DNA from: an uncultured Gammaproteobacteria bacterium
GTDB lineage: Bacteria; Pseudomonadota; Gammaproteobacteria; GCA-001735895
NCBI GenBank assembly: GCA_947259305.1
Contig: CAMYML010000018.1
Span: 1-58,971 of the forward strand
Direction: 5' to 3'
DNA: 58,971 nucleotides
Below, in pieces: positions 55,423 to 58,971 of the stretch. The notes under the pieces were generated by a model. That model had not been told where the DNA came from. It made no database searches and saw only the letters and a program-made list of their open reading frames with translations. Numbering within the stretch: position 1 is the stretch's first letter; each line of letters starts with the position of its first letter. The translations under genes and the position numbers were made by a program.

Positions 55423-56207
55423 TGGGTTAGGTAATGATTTTGTTTGGCGTCGCGCCGCAGAACTTCGCCCGCAAGCGCGAGATAGGCCAGCGAACCGCGC
55501 GAGTTCTTATTGTATTTCAGGATCGACAGGCCGAAGCTTGGCGCCTCGGCGAGCGCGACATTGCGCGGGATGACGGTACGGTAAACGCGATCGCCGAAAT
55601 GCTCGACCAGTTCGGACGAGACGTCATTGGACAGGTTATTGCGCGGGTCGTACATGGTGCGCAACAGGCCTTCCACCCTGATATCCGGATTTACGCTGAC
55701 GCGGATCTGTTCGATGGTATCGAGCAGCGAGGATAATCCCTCGAGCGCAAAATACTCACACTGCATCGGAATGACGACACCATTGGCGGCCACCAGCGCG
55801 TTGACGGTCAGCATGTTCAACGCCGGCGGACAATCGATCAATATGTAATCGTAGTCGTCGCGCAGCGTATCGAGCGCGAGTGATAACTGTCTTTCGCGGC
55901 CGATCTTGTTCATCAACTGCACCTCGGCCGCCGTCAGGTCGGCGTTGGCGGGGAGCACATCGTAGCCCGCCTCGGTCGCGTGCCGCAGCGCCTGGCTGGC
56001 GCTGGCTTCACCCAGCAACACTTCGCAGATAGTGCATTCGAGGTCGTTCTTGTCGATGCCGCTGCCCATGGTTGCGTTGCCTTGCGGGTCCATATCGACC
56101 AGCAGCACCCGGCGCCTGGTCGCGGCCAGCGCAGCGGCCAGGTTGACCGTGGTCGTGGTCTTGCCGACCCCGCCCTTTTGATTGGCAATGGTAATGGTCT
56201 TTGTCAT
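55419..56207 (-). CDS. parA: Chromosome partitioning ATPase ParA (Soj)
   Basis: 262 aa with the deviant Walker A NQKGGVGKTTT. Confidence 0.95.
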   Translation of the reverse strand: MTKTITIANQKGGVGKTTTTVNLAAALAATRRRVLLVDMDPQGNATMGSGIDKNDLECTICEVLLGEASASQALRHATEAGYDVLPANADLTAAEVQLMNKIGRERQLSLALDTLRDDYDYILIDCPPALNMLTVNALVAANGVVIPMQCEYFALEGLSSLLDTIEQIRVSVNPDIRVEGLLRTMYDPRNNLSNDVSSELVEHFGDRVYRTVIPRNVALAEAPSFGLSILKYNKNSRGSLAYLALAGEVLRRDAKQNHYLTQ

Positions 56208-56830
56208 AACGGTGTAATCATCACCAGGCTGCGGGTTTCGCCGATGCCGGGCACTGTTAACGTTTCTTCCTCGAAAGCAAACCTGTCGGTATTTAGTTGC
56301 TGCGCTTCCTGCGGCCTGAGCCCGGTCTTCATCGTCAGCAAGCGGGTTTTCGGTGCCAGCAGATGCGCAACGCTGTCACAGAATTCCGCCAGTGGGGCGT
56401 AGGCCCGGCTGACGATAAAATCCAGCGAATCCGGCGCATGATAGTCCTGAACCCGCGCCTGCACAACTTGCGCATTGCGCAGACCGCAATGCGCGATCGC
56501 CTGGCGGATAAAACGCGTTTTACGCGCATTGCTGTCGAGCATGATCCAGATCGTCTCGGGCATCGCAATCGCCAACGGAATCCCCGGCAGGCCGGCGCCG
56601 CTGCCAACATCCAGCACCTTGCTGGATTTTAACAGCGGCGGCATCAGCGAAAGGCTGTCGAGCAAATGATGGCTCAGCATCTTGCGCGGCTCGGTAATTG
56701 CCGTCAGGTTGTATACCTGGTTCCATTTACCGAGCAAATGCAGATATTCGAGCAATTGATCGTATTGCGACTGTTGCAGCGAGATCCCGAGCTCCTCGGA
56801 GCCGGCACGGAGTTCGCGCGCGAGGTCCAT
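56204..56830 (-). CDS. rsmG: 16S rRNA (guanine527-N7)-methyltransferase RsmG (GidB)
   Basis: 208 aa with the SAM motif VLDVGSGAGLPGIPLA. It abuts the mnmG stop. Confidence 0.92.
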   Translation of the reverse strand: MDLARELRAGSEELGISLQQSQYDQLLEYLHLLGKWNQVYNLTAITEPRKMLSHHLLDSLSLMPPLLKSSKVLDVGSGAGLPGIPLAIAMPETIWIMLDSNARKTRFIRQAIAHCGLRNAQVVQARVQDYHAPDSLDFIVSRAYAPLAEFCDSVAHLLAPKTRLLTMKTGLRPQEAQQLNTDRFAFEEETLTVPGIGETRSLVMITPL

Positions 56831-58720
<1,890 letters not shown>

Positions 58721-58865
58721 AACCCGTCATATTAATGAAAAAGGGCGCGCATTCTAACGTATTTAGTGACTGGTTTCCAAAATATCCCGCGTGCCAGGGA
58801 CTCTCTTCGAAGGGGAGCCGGGCCCTACGTCAAACGCGAAACCATTAGTTCCGCAATGGATTTGC

Positions 58866-58962
58866 TGTCACCCCGCGGCTTGACCCGATGCGTCGGACCG
58901 GCGGTATCCAGAAACCCAATGGAATCAAGCTCTGGACCCCGCGGTCAAGCCGCGGGGTGACA
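58866..58962. repeat. MITE/REP-like element, copy 2 (97 bp, opposite orientation to copy 1)
   Basis: It reads TGTCACCCCGCGGCTTGACCCGATGCGTCGGACCGGCGG ... CCCCGCGGTCAAGCCGCGGGGTGACA. The ends match the reverse complement of copy 1; the middle differs. It lies upstream of mnmG. Confidence 0.6.
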
Positions 58963-58971
58963 ATTAATACA

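Noticed and set aside
58905-58913. DnaA-box-like TATCCAGAA near the expected oriC side of mnmG
   Set aside because: It is a single imperfect match lying inside the MITE-like element. The window shows no cluster of boxes, no AT-rich 13-mers and no GATC enrichment. oriC, if nearby, is beyond the right edge.

Overview
This looks like an origin-proximal chromosomal segment of a moderately GC-rich gammaproteobacterium. I made all calls by eye from the sequence and the ORF track, with no database searches. The window has three parts. (1) Bases 1-28477 hold about 28 kb of type IV filament genes, all but one on the minus strand. A canonical MSHA pilus locus sits at 15753-28477: mshI (frameshifted), a PilN-like half, mshJKLMNEGF, an inverted mshA, and mshCDOP. 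After a ~210 bp AT-rich gap comes a second, strongly diverged and reordered MSHA/T2SS-like machine (1-15543). It starts with an orphan sigma54-dependent response regulator and carries extra modules: an ExeA-like ATPase plus a SPOR-like piece, a GspB-like/TPR protein with acidic repeats, a 757-aa Asp-rich protein, and a pilin-like gene running off the left edge that is missing from the ORF track. (2) Bases 28725-35154 are a conserved core block: trmL, gpsA, secB, a yibN-like rhodanese, an ArsR regulator, envC, ctpA and a yibQ-like gene. (3) Bases 35155-43923 are an accessory stretch. It holds an OmpR-type regulator, an atypical histidine kinase and an amidase in one operon. Divergent from that operon is a visibly more AT-rich cassette (small ORF, coiled-coil polytopic membrane protein, vWA-like lipoprotein). 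Then come gene remnants (GDSL lipase, kinase and cytochrome c fragments), a flavin reductase and a VOC enzyme. The right end (44134-58720) is the conserved glmS-glmU-atpCDGAHFEBI-parBA-rsmG-mnmG block. That block has three oddities: a truncated atpH, a 181-bp atpG-atpD spacer with four perfect hairpins, and two copies of a MITE-like inverted-repeat element. I saw no rRNA, tRNA, CRISPR array, transposase or integrase. The best candidates for an undescribed system are the second type IV filament locus and the two-component/amidase plus membrane/vWA-lipoprotein cassette.
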